From Candidatus Bathyarchaeota archaeon (lineage in GTDB: Archaea > Thermoproteota > Bathyarchaeia > Bathyarchaeales > Bathyarchaeaceae): DNA of 61,452 nucleotides. Position 1 is the stretch's first letter; every line of letters begins with the position of its first letter. Position numbers and translations under genes: made by a program. The stretch covers positions 1 to 61,452 of the forward strand of contig CAVOMX010000019.1 of assembly GCA_963697165.1 (NCBI GenBank), written 5' to 3'. Shown here piece after piece: positions 23,219 to 35,364 of this stretch. The notes beneath the pieces are model-generated. The model made no database searches. It saw nothing but the letters and a program-made list of their open reading frames with translations, and was not told the origin of the DNA.

Positions 23219-25953
23219 ATGAAAAACCCACAAAATAAAACAAAATTAACAACAATATTCGTTATTACTATTCTAATGACTTCTGCTTTCATACTGCTTA
23301 CAAACAGTCCAGTTCAAGCTCAAACTTACGAGAATAAGTACATTAACAAATTATCAGAACCACTCCCTCCAGGAGTTACTCCTGACTATACAAGTGAATC
23401 AAAATCCTATATCAGCTTCAGACCTAACCCTGTCGGACTCAACCAAATCTTCCTAGTCAACTTTTGGATCCACCCACCAATCCATAACACTCGACGACTA
23501 GCAGATCTCACCGTAACAATCACAAAGCCCAGCGGGCAACAGCACGTCGTTAAAGTAGATTCTTATCCCGGCGATGGAACAGGCTGGTTTGAATGGTTAG
23601 CTGACGAAATAGGTACTTGGACACTCAAATTCGATTTCCCAGGAGGTTACTATCCACCAGGAAACTATACCTTAAACCGGATAGGATATGCAGACTCTAA
23701 CACAGAATTTGAAGAATCGGTTTACTATTTGCCCAGCAGTGATGGACCCTACGACCTGGTAGGTACAAGAAGATATTGTACCATCTTGGCCAGCAGCCGA
23801 ACTTCCAACAGACTACTGGACAAGACCAGTACCATTAGAAAACAGAGAATGGTGGCCAATCTTGGGAAACTATCCTTGGTATGGAGACGGCACCCAACAT
23901 GGCAGCGAAATATGGGATGAACTATACCCTAACACCAACAAATACGGACAATCTAAGTATAGCTTTACACCATGGGTTCAGGCACCAAACACTGCTCATG
24001 TAGCATGGAAACGACAAGAATCAATAAAAGGTATTATCGGAGGAGACATGGAACAAACATCTCACTATGATTCTACCGGCTTCTATCCAAACATTCCAGA
24101 CATAATCTATGAAGGAAGAGGCTATCAAGCTCATCAAAGACTCGTCGATGGCGAAACAGTTTACATGTGGCAGAGCTTTGATATTCGCACTGGAGAAATC
24201 TACTGGGAGAGACCTTTACCAGCAACAACGACCTTTAACATGTTCTTTGGAGAACAAACTACACCAGTAAAACCCACATTGATCACTTATACTAGAAGAA
24301 CTCTACAAGCGGTAGCCGGCGAAGAAGCTCATCAACGAGGTCAGAGTGTCGGTCTCTTATACGTAGGTCTAGGAAAGTACGTAACATATGATCCATTCAC
24401 CGGAATAATTACCATGAATCAATCAATTGCCCCACTAGATTCAGGTACACTATACAAAGATCCATATCTATTGAGCGTTCAAAACCTTGGCGGCGGAAAC
24501 CGAAGACTCATCAATTGGACTGTAGGTCGAGACCCAAACACTGGAGTAACAGGAATGATGGTAATGAACAACATCACATGGCCATGGAGCAATTTAGGTA
24601 CAGCACAAGATTTCGAATCTATGATAGCAGTTAGCGCATACTCTGTATCTAATCCGGCTACAGGCGTAGCCATAGGAGTAGGAATGAGAGCAGCTAACCT
24701 GCTGACAGGTCAACAATTATGGGATGTAACAACCGATCTAAGCAGCGGCCTCGAAAGTACCTTTAGCTCAGGTAGTACAATCGCTGATCACGGAAAAGTC
24801 GCTATACGAATGCAAACCGGTCAATTAAAGTGTTGGAACCTGTTTACCGGAGCAGAACTTTGGGAATCAGAGATATCTAGTCATCCATGGGGAACCTTTG
24901 GAGCTTATCATCAACAATCGGCATACGGTTATTATTTCCTGAGTGGCTACGATGGTGTACACGCAATTGATTGGGACACTGGTGAAACAGTATGGTCGTT
25001 CCAAGCACCGACTCCATACGCATATGAAACGCCATATCATGTTGATGGTACAGAAGTTTATACCTTCCATGGTGGTGGCCTAGTAGCTGATGGAAAGCTT
25101 TACGTTGGTGCTACCGAGCATACGCCAAGCATGCCCTTAACCCGAGGATGGAAACTTTACTGCCTCGACGTCTTTACTGGCAAAGAGATATGGAACTTCA
25201 CTGCATCTCCAATCTATTACTCACGATCATTTTCAGGATCAGTAGCGGATGGATATCTAACGTTCAGCAGCGAGAATGACGGATACATGTATGTCTTCGG
25301 AAAAGGCAAGAGCGAGACAACTGTTACTGCACCACAAACCAACATACCCAAAGGCACAGCAGTGATGATTACAGGTTCAGCATTGGATATGTCTCCAGCT
25401 CAACCTGGAACTGCATGCATTTCTGATGAGAGCATGAACGAATGGATGGATTACATCCACATGCAGCAGCCAATGCCAGAAAACGTAAAAGGAGCAACAG
25501 TAGTGTTGACTGCCACTGACTCAAACGGTCAGACTTATACAATAGGTGAAACTACAACCGACATAGCAGGCAACTTTGGAAAAAGTTGGATACCTCCAAG
25601 TGAAGGCGATTACACGATTATGGCCAATTTCCCAGCAACCGAATCCTACGGCAGCTCGTATGACACAACCTACATTACCGTAGGTCCAGCAGCTTCAAGC
25701 GGCGGACCAATAGAACCTGAACCTACACCATCACCTTCACCTTCGCCATCCCCTTCGCCATCCCCTTCACCAGAACCTTCACCAGAACCTTCACCAGAAC
25801 CTTCACCAGACACCAGAACCTTCTCCATCACCTTCACCAGAGCCAACACCTGAAACACCTTTGATCACCACTGAAGTAGCAATCATCGCAGCAGTCGCAA
25901 TCGCCAGCATCATTGGCGCAGTCAGTTTCTGGGCACTCAGAAAACGAAAATAA
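23219..25953 (+). CDS. PQQ-like beta-propeller surface protein, paralogue 2 (indels near 23760 and in the Pro/Ser linker)
   Basis: Same architecture as paralogue 1. The linker is (PS)n/(PEPS)n. The TM and WALRKRK* tail are encoded at 25860-25953 in a shifted frame. Confidence 0.8.
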
Positions 25954-26344
25954 ACCACATTTTCCCTCCCCTTTTTTATGGGGAGTAATACGTTTAAGGA
26001 ATAGAAGGGACTGAAAAGGCTTGACCACAGGAAGTGTGAAACATTATTCTCATCTATTGTGGTTAGAAACGTTTCATGCACTCATCAACAAACGCCTGTG
26101 TGAGAACCTCAGATATCCCTTCTTCCTTTAAATTATCCAAAAGTGCCTCTTTTTTGGGGAGTATTAGGTTACTAAGTTGTAGATTTGAAGGAGTTCGGAT
26201 TAGCTAAAGTGGAAAAGAGAATCGATAATATGATTTGGGGTTTTGGGGGGTTTGAGGATGGGGGATCAAAAGCGTAAGAGCGTGATCAAAAGAACAGATA
26301 AAAACACAAAACTCCGAAAACTAACTTTGCAAAAAAATAGATAA
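25680..26344 (+). repeat. Near-identical duplication of C-terminal anchor coding sequence plus ~390 bp downstream DNA (second copy ~31188-31848)
   Basis: From GTAGGTCCAGCAGCTTCAAGCGGCGGACCAATAGA through ...AAAACTCCGAAAACTAACTTT..GCAAAAAAATAGATAA. The copies differ mainly in the linker and in scattered substitutions. Confidence 0.95.
25993..26132. ncRNA. Candidate structured RNA/DNA element, copy 2
   Basis: Nested pairings AAGGAA-TAGAAGGGA/TCCCTTC-TTCCTT, CTGA..GG/CCTCAG, CACAGG/CCTGTG and AGTG-TGAAAC/GTTTCA-TG-CACT. Confidence 0.55.
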
Positions 26345-28463
26345 TTTTAATGACTAGTGCTTTTATGGTATTATCCAATAATTCAGTACAAGCTCAACTT
26401 GCCACAGAGCAACCAATTAGTGGACCTTTGCCTACTGGTGTAACTCCTGATGCTACAGCCAGTCCCAAAACATACCTTAGCTTTAGACCTAACCCAGTAG
26501 GACAAGGCCAAGTATTCTTGGTTAACATATGGACAACACCCGCACCTGGAGCAAATCGAAGACATCTAGAATACACAGTAACAATCACGAAGCCTGATGG
26601 AACAAACATTGTTGTTGGTCCCATGCCATCATTTGTAGATGACGGAACCAACTGGTTTGAATGGATTGCTGATCAGGTTGGTACATGGAAACTAAAGTTT
26701 GATTTCGCTGGAACATATTTCCCCGCTGGTCGATATCTAGAAGGCTACATTGTAACAAATACAACCGGCACACTTTACACCGAATCAGTCTACTATAATC
26801 CAACTCTACTCAAGAACAAATACTTGTAGTTCAAGAAGACATAGTTTATTCTTGGCCTCCAGCAGAACTACCTACAGATTACTGGACACGCCCAGTAAAT
26901 CCCAACAACAGAGAATGGTGGCCAATTCTAGGAAACTACCCTTGGCCATTTGACAACCCAGACTACGACTACGCTGGTCCATACGTCATTGCCCCAAACA
27001 CTCCACATGTTGTGTGGAAACGACAAGGAGACGTCGTGGGTCTAATGGGAGGGGAACTGGGCATCAATACCGCATTTGAGGCGGGCATTGGCACAAACTC
27101 AGCCGGTTTTCCTGCCATGATCTTTGAGGGAAGGGCATACGAGACTGTTACAAAGCCAGGGATCGGAAGTGTTGCAACGTGCTATGACATACGTACAGGA
27201 GAAGTCTTCTATGAAATCCCGACAGCAGAAGGAGGAGTTACGCCCGAAGTAATTGGTTACTCCAGTGTCGCCTTGACATCAAGTAATCGTTGGGAGCTTC
27301 TGGATATAGGTTCAAATCTGATAAAAATTGATCCCTTCACAGGAGCCGTAACAACCAACGTGACAGGCATGTCAGGCACCTTCCACAACGGCGCATACGT
27401 CTTAAGCATGCAGAATCTTGGCGGAGGAAACCGCCAATTGATTAACTGGACCACCGCCGGAAACACAAACAACTTTGAAAGCAGAATAGTAAGTAACATC
27501 ACTTGGCCATGGAGCAACTTGGGAACTACCCAAGACTACGATGCCGGCGTAGCAGTTACGGTATCTGGTATCACTGGAGGAGGAGCTTTTCTAGGACAAG
27601 AGGTGACAGCTGTTAGCCTGAAGACAGGGGTAGAACTGTGGACTAAAACAATCAATGAAGGAGTATACAGCAGTTCATGCAATGTTGCTGACAACGGAAA
27701 AGTAGCTGTTCTAGGAGATCGCGGACACTACTACGCATTCAATTTACAGACGGGAAACTTAGAATGGACAAGCCCAACAATGGATTATCCTTGGGATGAA
27801 CCTGGATTCGGAGCATATGATGTAGGATCAGCATACGGAATGATTTATCACAATGGCTATGGTGGAGTCTATGCTTTCAACTGGGATGATGGTTCAATTG
27901 CTTGGAAGTATGAAGCTCCTACAAACACCTACGAGACGCCATATGTGACCCCAGATGGCACTACTGTCAATTCATGGAATGGAGGTATGCTCATTGCCGA
28001 CGGAAAAATCTACAATTCCAACACCGAAAATTCACCCGTTAACCCACTCCCAAGAAGCGGAAACTTCATTGTATAAATGCAATTACAGGTGAGGGAATAT
28101 GGAATGTGACTGGATTCGCTGGTTCAAGGAACTTTAGAGGAGCTGTAGCAGACGGTTACTTAGCAATCGAAAATATCTATGATGCTTACATGTATATTAT
28201 CGGCAAAGGCAAAAGCACTACAACAGTTACAGCCCCTGATGTTGCAGTACCAAAAGGAACCGCTTTATCAATAAAAGGCACCGGTACTCGATATGTCTCC
28301 TGCTCAGCCAGGAACCCCATGTGTATCTATAGAATCAAGACTTTACAAGTGGAAGATCAACATCTGAGCAACCAATCGACGGAATTTGGCACGATCAAAA
28401 AATATTGGAGTTCAGTGACATTAACAGCTATTTGTTCAGACATGTTACATCGATTTGGCACAG
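26341..28463 (+). pseudogene. PQQ-like beta-propeller surface protein, paralogue 3, truncated at both ends
   Basis: Starts mid-signal-peptide (IILMTSAFMV) directly after the duplicated 3' block. Has several frameshifts, degrades after ~28270, and lacks the linker, TM and tail. It abuts the leader repeat of paralogue 4. Confidence 0.7.
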
Positions 28464-28807
28464 CTATAATTTTTAACTTTGGAGTCAATCAACTAAAATC
28501 GCAAACTATAGACATGTTTGGATTATTTTCGGCTGTTTTTTCCACAAAAAAATAAGCAACATAATAGATCCCTTTTAAAACATTTTTCCTATTTAGAATT
28601 AATAAGTAAAATAAAAATTATTAACCAAAAATACATAATCGTTCAATAATCTTATGCCATAACATCATTTCCTAGCAAACGTTAAATAGATTTTTTACTA
28701 AAATAGTATGCTGTGGGGGAAAAATTAGATTTTTTGCACAATTTTTACCCACAAAAAAAGTATAAAATAAAAAAGGAAAAAACAAAATAAAAAGGAGAAA
28801 AATTCAA

Positions 28808-31456
28808 ATGTTAATAAACAAAACCAAATTAACTGCAACAATAGTTATAACAATATTAATAATTTCTGCTTTTACACTAATGCTAAATTTTCCAGTGCAA
28901 GCTCAATCTAGCTATGAGAATATGCAAGAAGGAGGCTCAATGCCTCTACCGCCGGGCGTTACCCCTGATTATTCAGTTGAAACTCGCACATATCTCAGCT
29001 TCCGTCCTGAACTCTTGGGAGTTGGCCAAATCTTCTTGGTTAACTTCTGGACTCAACCCGCAACTCATGTAAGCCGATATTTATCTGACTTTGCAATAAC
29101 AATCACAAAACCCAGTGGAGAACAACAAGTCGTAACAATAGATTCATTGCGCGGAGATACATCAGGATGGTTTGAATGGATTGCTGATGAGATTGGCACA
29201 TGGACAATAAAAATTGACTTCCCCGGAGGCTACTTCCCAGCAGGAAACTACACTGTATATCCAGGTGCATTCATAGGTCCTCAGGTCGTGGAATTTGAGG
29301 AATCAAGTTACTATGAACCTAGCTCAGATGGACCATATGAACTAGTAGTTCAACAAGATATCGTGCCTTCTTGGCCTGCATCAGAACTACCCACAGACTA
29401 CTGGGAACGACCAGTATCTCCAGAACATAGAGAATGGTGGCCAATTCTAGGAAGCTTCCCATCAGATGGAATTGTAGGAGGAGGATCCTACTGGCCAGCT
29501 GACACAAACATCTACATGAATGACGACTATGATTTCGTTCCCTATGTCCAAGCACCAAACACCGCTCATATAGTATGGAGAAGACAGGACGCCATGGCAG
29601 GACTCATCGGAGGAACAATGGGACAACTTTCGTTAACCGGAAGCGGCAACACTCCAAGCATAATCTATGCTGGAAGATGCTACGACACAATCACAAAAAA
29701 TGTTAATGGAGAGTTGACTAGCGTTTGGCAGTGCTACGATTTACGTACCGGAGAAGTATATTGGGAAAAAACAGATGTGAGCCAAATACCCACTGATCTT
29801 TACTATGGAACATTAGCTAGGGCTACTGTGCCTGGTGGAGGAGCCTACCCAGGGCTAGTAGAGTGCGAGCTTATGTACATAGGTCAAGGAAGGCTGATAA
29901 GATATGATCCATGGGACGGAGATGTAACCTTTGACATGTCGATTGCCCCATTAAGCAGCGCAACCGCCTACTACGATACTTATCCATTCTTCTTGTCAAT
30001 TCAGAACTTAGGTGGCGGAAACTACAGACTAATCAATTGGACAATAGCAGCAGAACATGTAGCTAGCGGCTATAGATATGATTTTTCGCTTGGTGTATTA
30101 AGCAACATATCTTGGCCTTGGAGTAATTTAGGTGACTCCCAAGATTTCGAGTCAATGATCGCATTTGATGTTGCTGGCCTTAATCCTTCTCCGCTGGGAG
30201 CGGGTTTTGGATTAGAAATAAGTTCAGCAGACATGGTAACTGGTCAAGAGCTTTATAGAAAAACAATTGAAGACGATAATATTTTCAGCACCAGCACGGT
30301 AGTCGCTGACCATGGAAAAGGCGCAACAGCTATGAGGGATGGGTACTGGAAGGCATGGGATCTAAGAACAGGAAACTTGGCATGGCAAAGCGAGACAGTA
30401 GACCTTCCTTGGGGACAGTGGTGGCCATACAGTGTAGCTTCAGCTTACGGCATGATTTTCGACGGCAGCTACGCTGGAGTATACGCCTTTGACTGGGATG
30501 ATGGACACATAGTCTGGAACTACAAACACCTAAGCAACCCATGGGAAACTCCATATTCCGGCGAATATTCTTTCCGTGGCAGTAACATTATTGCTGATGG
30601 AAAAGTTTACACCTATAACACTGAACACACACAAACTCAACCTATAACCAGAGGGTGGAGACTTCACTGCATCGACGCATATACAGGAGAAGGCATATGG
30701 AACATTACAGGAGAAATGGTCCCTGGCGCTGTAGCCGATGGCTATCTCACAGCAGGTAGCTCATATGACGGATACTTGAACGTCTTTGGCAAGGGAAAAA
30801 GCGCCACAACAGCTATGGTCTCACCGAAAACTATTGCAAAAGGCGCACCAGTGTTAATTGAGGGCACAGTTTTGGACCAGTCTCCTGCTCAACCAGGAAC
30901 TCCATGTGTGTCCAAAGAATCGATGACCACACAAATGGAATATTTGCACATGCAGCATCCAATTGACGGCATTCTACATGATGAAACGATTACTGGTGTT
31001 CCAGTAACATTGACCGCTATAGCCTCAGATGGTTCATACGTTGACATTGGAACAGTTACAACAGACGGATACTCTGGTACCTTTGGTCATGCGTGGACTC
31101 CAACAGCAGAAGGAACATACAAGATCATTGCATCTTTTGCAAGTGACGAGTCTTATGGGAGCTCATCAGCTACAACATGGGTAACAGTAGGTCCAGCAGC
31201 TTCAAGCGGCGGACCAATAGAGCCTGAACCCTCACCATCACCTTCGCCATCACCATCAGCCATCACCTTCACCTGAACCATCACCATCGCCATCACCTTC
31301 ACCTGAACCATCACCTTCACCTGACACCCGTCACCTTCACCAGAGCCAACACCTGAAACACCTCTGATCACCACCGAAGTAGCAATCATCGCAGCAGTCG
31401 CAGTAGCCAGCATAATCGGCGCAGTCAGCTTCTGGGCACTCAGAAAACGAAAATAA
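28808..31456 (+). CDS. PQQ-like beta-propeller surface protein, paralogue 4 (indels in the Pro/Ser linker)
   Basis: 822-aa ORF with the same motifs. The anchor PETPLITTEVAIIAAVAVASIIGAVSFWALRKRK* is in a shifted frame ending at 31456. Confidence 0.85.
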
Positions 31457-31495
31457 ACCACAAATTTCCCTCCCCTTTTTTATGGGGAGTAACAG

Positions 31496-31633
31496 TTTAA
31501 GGAATAGAAGGGACTGAAAAGGCTCGACCACAGGAAGTGTGAAACATGATTCTCCCCTATTGTGGTTGGAAACGTTTCATGCACTCATCAACAAACGCCT
31601 GTGTGAGAACCTCAGATATCCCTTCTTCCTTTA
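31496..31633. ncRNA. Candidate structured RNA/DNA element, copy 3
   Basis: Same nested stems as copy 2. The differences from copy 2 fall mostly in loop regions. Confidence 0.55.
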
Positions 31634-31866
31634 GATTATCCAAAAGAGCCTCTTTTTTGGGAGTATTAGGTTACTAAGTTGTAGATTTGAAGAAGTTTGG
31701 ATTGGCTAAAGTAGAAAAGAGAATCGATAATATGATTTGGGTTTTTGGGGGGTTTGAGGATGGGGGATCGAAAGCGTAAGAGCGTTATCAAAAGAACAGA
31801 TAAAAACACAAAACTCCGAAAACTAACTTTATGCAAAAAAATAGATAAAAACTGTAGGGCCTAAGC

Positions 31867-32514
31867 TTATTTTCCCATCATGAACAAAGCCATTTCAATG
31901 TCTGCTATACTAAATGGATATCCTTCAGAGTGCAAATAATCCCGGATCACTTCTAATGTCCATATTAATCTTTGATAATTTTCTCCCCATCGAGAATCGG
32001 AACAAATATCTCCTGCTTGAGGACGTCTAGATAGACAGTCTAGAACCGGCTTTTCAGCAAATTGCAGAGTCTTAAGAGTTTGTCCAACTCTACTATCATA
32101 GATACAAAATCTTTCTTGATCAAAAAGACCAATAATTTTTGAAGCCTGATCAATTTTAAAACCCTTAAGTGACAAAAGACTTTCAACCGCCTCAGATATT
32201 TTGCCTTTATCAACAAAATCGAAAAGCCTACGAGTAAACTCCAAAACCATAGCTTCATCACGCAAAGGAAATTGATTAAAACCACCCCAAGACATGACCA
32301 TATCAAGAGTCTCAAGATCAACACCTCCCGTATTTCGTATCCGAGACAAAATAATGGCCTTTGAAATTTCGTTACGTTCTGCAAGACATGCCTTGGGCTC
32401 TTTATCATCCCAAGAATAATTCTTCCTACTCTCAATAAGCCGAAACTTGTTATCTTTAGCCCAATCCAAAATAACTTGCTTATATTTTGCTATAAACGAG
32501 TCCTTATCTATCAC
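31867..32514 (-). CDS. Hypothetical protein, possibly a helix-hairpin-helix/8-oxoG glycosylase-like fold
   Basis: Motif pattern VMSWGG...LLSLKGFKIDQASKII...FCIYDSRVG...IADIEMALF. Confidence 0.4.
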   Translation of the reverse strand: MIDKDSFIAKYKQVILDWAKDNKFRLIESRKNYSWDDKEPKACLAERNEISKAIILSRIRNTGGVDLETLDMVMSWGGFNQFPLRDEAMVLEFTRRLFDFVDKGKISEAVESLLSLKGFKIDQASKIIGLFDQERFCIYDSRVGQTLKTLQFAEKPVLDCLSRRPQAGDICSDSRWGENYQRLIWTLEVIRDYLHSEGYPFSIADIEMALFMMGK

Positions 32515-32769
32515 TGACTATTCTCCTAAACAAGACTTTAGTGTAATATCAACAGTCTGAAAAACCTTTTTGAGTTAAAGATCAAAATTTTCTTTGACAT
32601 TATTTGTTATGTTATATTTTGGAGCTATATTTTTAACTTTGGAGTTAAAAGATGAGCAAAATTCCGCAGACAGCAAAACCCAACAACCAAAGAAAAATAA
32701 TTAACACTTTGGAACGCTGTCAAATAACAAAAAACCTGAAAACTCATAAAAAATAAAAAGATAGGGAGG

Positions 32770-33835
32770 TTATCGGCCGCCTCCGTAGCCCATTTGGCCG
32801 GAACCGCTGCCGCTTCCTCCATAACCACCAGCGTTTTGTCCATAGCCACTATCCACTACCACTGCCTTCTTGTCCAGAACCAGTACCTGCTGCCTGTTGT
32901 CCATGGCGTGCTCGATACTGACCCACCTCATATGTTAGGTTTCCGTCCATTTCTCGGATGGTTCTACCAATTTCATCCAAGTCCTCAAGAACATCATCAA
33001 GGTCCTCTGTTCCTTTCGCATTTTCTATCATTTCTTGGAATCTTGCATCAAAGTCTTCTTCGTTCTGGTAGCCATAGGTTTGAAGGAACCCATTAACATC
33101 GAAGCCCTCGGTTCCTGCTTGTCCAAATCTTCCCATAAACCTGTACCTGTATTGTTCAGCTTCATCACAGTAATCTCTGATTCTTTGGGGGTTAAGGTCT
33201 TGAGCCACTTCTTTTAGGTACTGGCACACTTCGCTGATTAGCCTGTTTGCTTCTCGCAAGTTATCCTTAGCTTCTTCTATAGAATCGGGCAAGAATTCAT
33301 TCTTTGCTTCATTCAACAAATCTTCAGCTTTTGTAAGGTTGCTGTATATGGGCGCTTCCGTTGAAATTAATGCTTTAAGTTCCTCCACTCTCGCTAGTGA
33401 GCGATCTATTGCTTCTTCCAGTTCATCAACATCAACCAATTGTCCGATCTTGACATCAGAATTGTATAGCATGATTTGTATGGACTTGTAGACTTCCCTG
33501 AATATGCTCAAAGCTTCTGTGGCATTGGCAATCGCTCCTTCATAATCATCATTTTCTAGAGCCACATTAGCCTTTTTTACGGTTTCATTTCCTTCATCAT
33601 AAAGTGTGACGTTGCCCAAAAATTCGTCAGTCTTTATTATTTCTGAAGCATCGAGATTTGCATAAACAAGATCAATAAAATCGCCAACTTTCTCTGCGGC
33701 GTTCTCAGCAATCTCAACGATCCGATTTGCTCTATTCTCTGGATCTTGTCCACTAAAAATAGCTGATACAGAACCGGCTGAAACTAACAGTAACACCAAC
33801 GAGGCTATTGTTGCGATTCGAATTCTTTTATTCAT
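32770..33835 (-). CDS. Secreted alpha-helical protein with Gly-rich C-terminal tail (indel near 32850)
   Basis: Signal peptide and acidic helical-bundle repeats. The tail GYGQNAGGYGGGSGSGSGQMGYGGGR* continues in a shifted frame. Confidence 0.7.
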
Positions 33836-33981
33836 TTAACTCACCATCAAAGATAAGGACCAAAGTCCAAATTAAGGGACACGGCGGTATAAGCGTTCCA
33901 TTTTTTGGAACGCTCGTTTCACAGTGTACCTTATCACCAACACATGTATTATATATTAAGATAGCTGATGAGGTGAAATGA

Positions 33982-34722
33982 ATGAAAAAACAAAAAACAA
34001 ACATCTTAACCGTCACCTTGCTGGCAATCTTGATGCTAACAGCTTTTTCCATTACAACCCTAGCCCAACCTGGAGAACCAAACTCTGAAAGCAAGATACC
34101 ACCAGACATGCCCGTAGACGCTCTACAATACAATAGAACAAACGTAACTCCCCATGGCTACATGGAATCAATACAAGCAATGGAAACAAACGTCTTCTTC
34201 TACAGAAACTTCACTCTAATGATGAACTGCACCCAAAACTGCGAATTAAACATGACCTTAGACCCCCAGGTTAGGAACCGACTACTTACCCTATCTGTTG
34301 AACCAAACCAGACAATGACACTCACAATGAACGTGAGTGCATCTCCACCCCAAGGCGAAGCAGTAATGCAAAACACCCTAAACTTCTACATGGGACTAGA
34401 ACCCAACGCTGAACTCCAACTACAGAGCCAATTAAGGCTACACATAAACCAAACAGAACTCAGCGAAGAACTAGGTCGAGAAGTCAACGAATCAAGACTA
34501 ACATGGATGTACTATAACCAAACCCAAAACCAATGGACCCCAGTTGAAAGCCACATAGACCAAAACCAATACTTGGTATGCAACACAACACACTTCTCAA
34601 CATGGACCGTCGCAGAATTCGACCCAGAGTTAGTCCCAGAAAACATACACCTATACACAGTGGTCGCCATGGCAACCATAGTAGCAGTTGCTTCAATCTG
34701 TTGGAAACGAAAAAAACGATAA
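33982..34722 (+). CDS. Secreted surface glycoprotein with C-terminal VPE-TM-basic sorting-like signal
   Basis: Signal peptide, many N-x-S/T sequons, TTHFSTWTV strand motif, and ending LVPENIHLYTVVAMATIVAVASICWKRKKR. Confidence 0.75.
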   Translation: MKKQKTNILTVTLLAILMLTAFSITTLAQPGEPNSESKIPPDMPVDALQYNRTNVTPHGYMESIQAMETNVFFYRNFTLMMNCTQNCELNMTLDPQVRNRLLTLSVEPNQTMTLTMNVSASPPQGEAVMQNTLNFYMGLEPNAELQLQSQLRLHINQTELSEELGREVNESRLTWMYYNQTQNQWTPVESHIDQNQYLVCNTTHFSTWTVAEFDPELVPENIHLYTVVAMATIVAVASICWKRKKR

Positions 34723-34926
34723 ACGCCCAACAGTAAAACCCTTTTTTTATTTTTTAGAAAATATTACTAACAAAACATTCTTTATGGTTTTTCTAACAAC
34801 CCAATAATTCGTTATTACTCACACATGATTACATACCCGTGATTGTGCTTGGTGCGTGTTTCCTACACGTGATTATACATAAGAAAAAGAAAAATGGAAA
34901 AATATGTGAATAAATATGGATTTACC

Positions 34927-34958
34927 TTAAATTTTATCCCCAAACCCACACACCATAT
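34927..34958 (+). repeat. Degenerate copy of the palindromic intergenic repeat family
   Basis: TTAAATTTTATCCCCAAACCCACACACCATAT. Confidence 0.55.
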
Positions 34959-34995
34959 CCTCAAATTGTATTAAAATTGAGAAAAAAGAGACAAA

Positions 34996-35140
34996 ATGCA
35001 CACCATAACGATTCAAGGCGAAATCAAAAAACATAAAGTTTTGTTGTATGCTATTAGCACCTGCCCTTGGTGTAAAAAAGCGAAGGAACTTCTGAAAGAT
35101 AATAAAATCGAAGTTAAGTATGTTGATGCGGACTTGTGCA
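34996..35140 (+). pseudogene. Glutaredoxin/NrdH-like gene, 3'-truncated
   Basis: KVLLYAISTCPWCKKAKELLKDNKIEVKYVDADLC (CPWC active site); similarity ends at ~35140. Confidence 0.75.
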
Positions 35141-35247
35141 AGAGAATCAATCATAATTACAAAACTAACAGCAATAAAATACCCCTTGATATTGATAAAA
35201 CGCCTAGATTTACGTCTTCTAATCTCTTTTATCGCATAATCAAACAT
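35134..35247 (-). pseudogene. ABC transporter permease (MacB/FtsX-like) N-terminal fragment
   Basis: MFDYAIKEIRRRKSRRFINIKGYFIAVSFVIMIDSLAQ matches the A-x-x-E/N-x-x-R-R-K-x-R...G-x-x-I-A/G-V start of such permeases. Confidence 0.55.
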
Positions 35248-35364
35248 TTAGGAACAACAGTATTTTATTTTCTTAAATTATTTAATAGTATGAGCCTTCG
35301 AAAATTGGTTACAACTTGAATTCAAATCAAACAGTTACTGGATATTTCTATACAGATTCTACAG

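Noticed and set aside
25790..25860. Frameshifts in the Pro/Ser linkers of paralogues 2 and 4 as phase variation releasing the anchor
   Set aside because: Indels are pervasive across the window, including in both the eukaryotic and archaeal parts, so sequencing error is the simpler explanation. It cannot be separated from biology without reads.
26030..26100. Minus-strand TTGATGAG...GAAAC as a hammerhead ribozyme core
   Set aside because: It lacks the C of CUGANGA and has no convincing stems I and II, and the GAAA is absent from the divergent copy at 22784-22897.
19907..31456. Diversity-generating retroelement acting on the surface proteins
   Set aside because: No reverse transcriptase is present, and differences between repeats are not adenine-specific.
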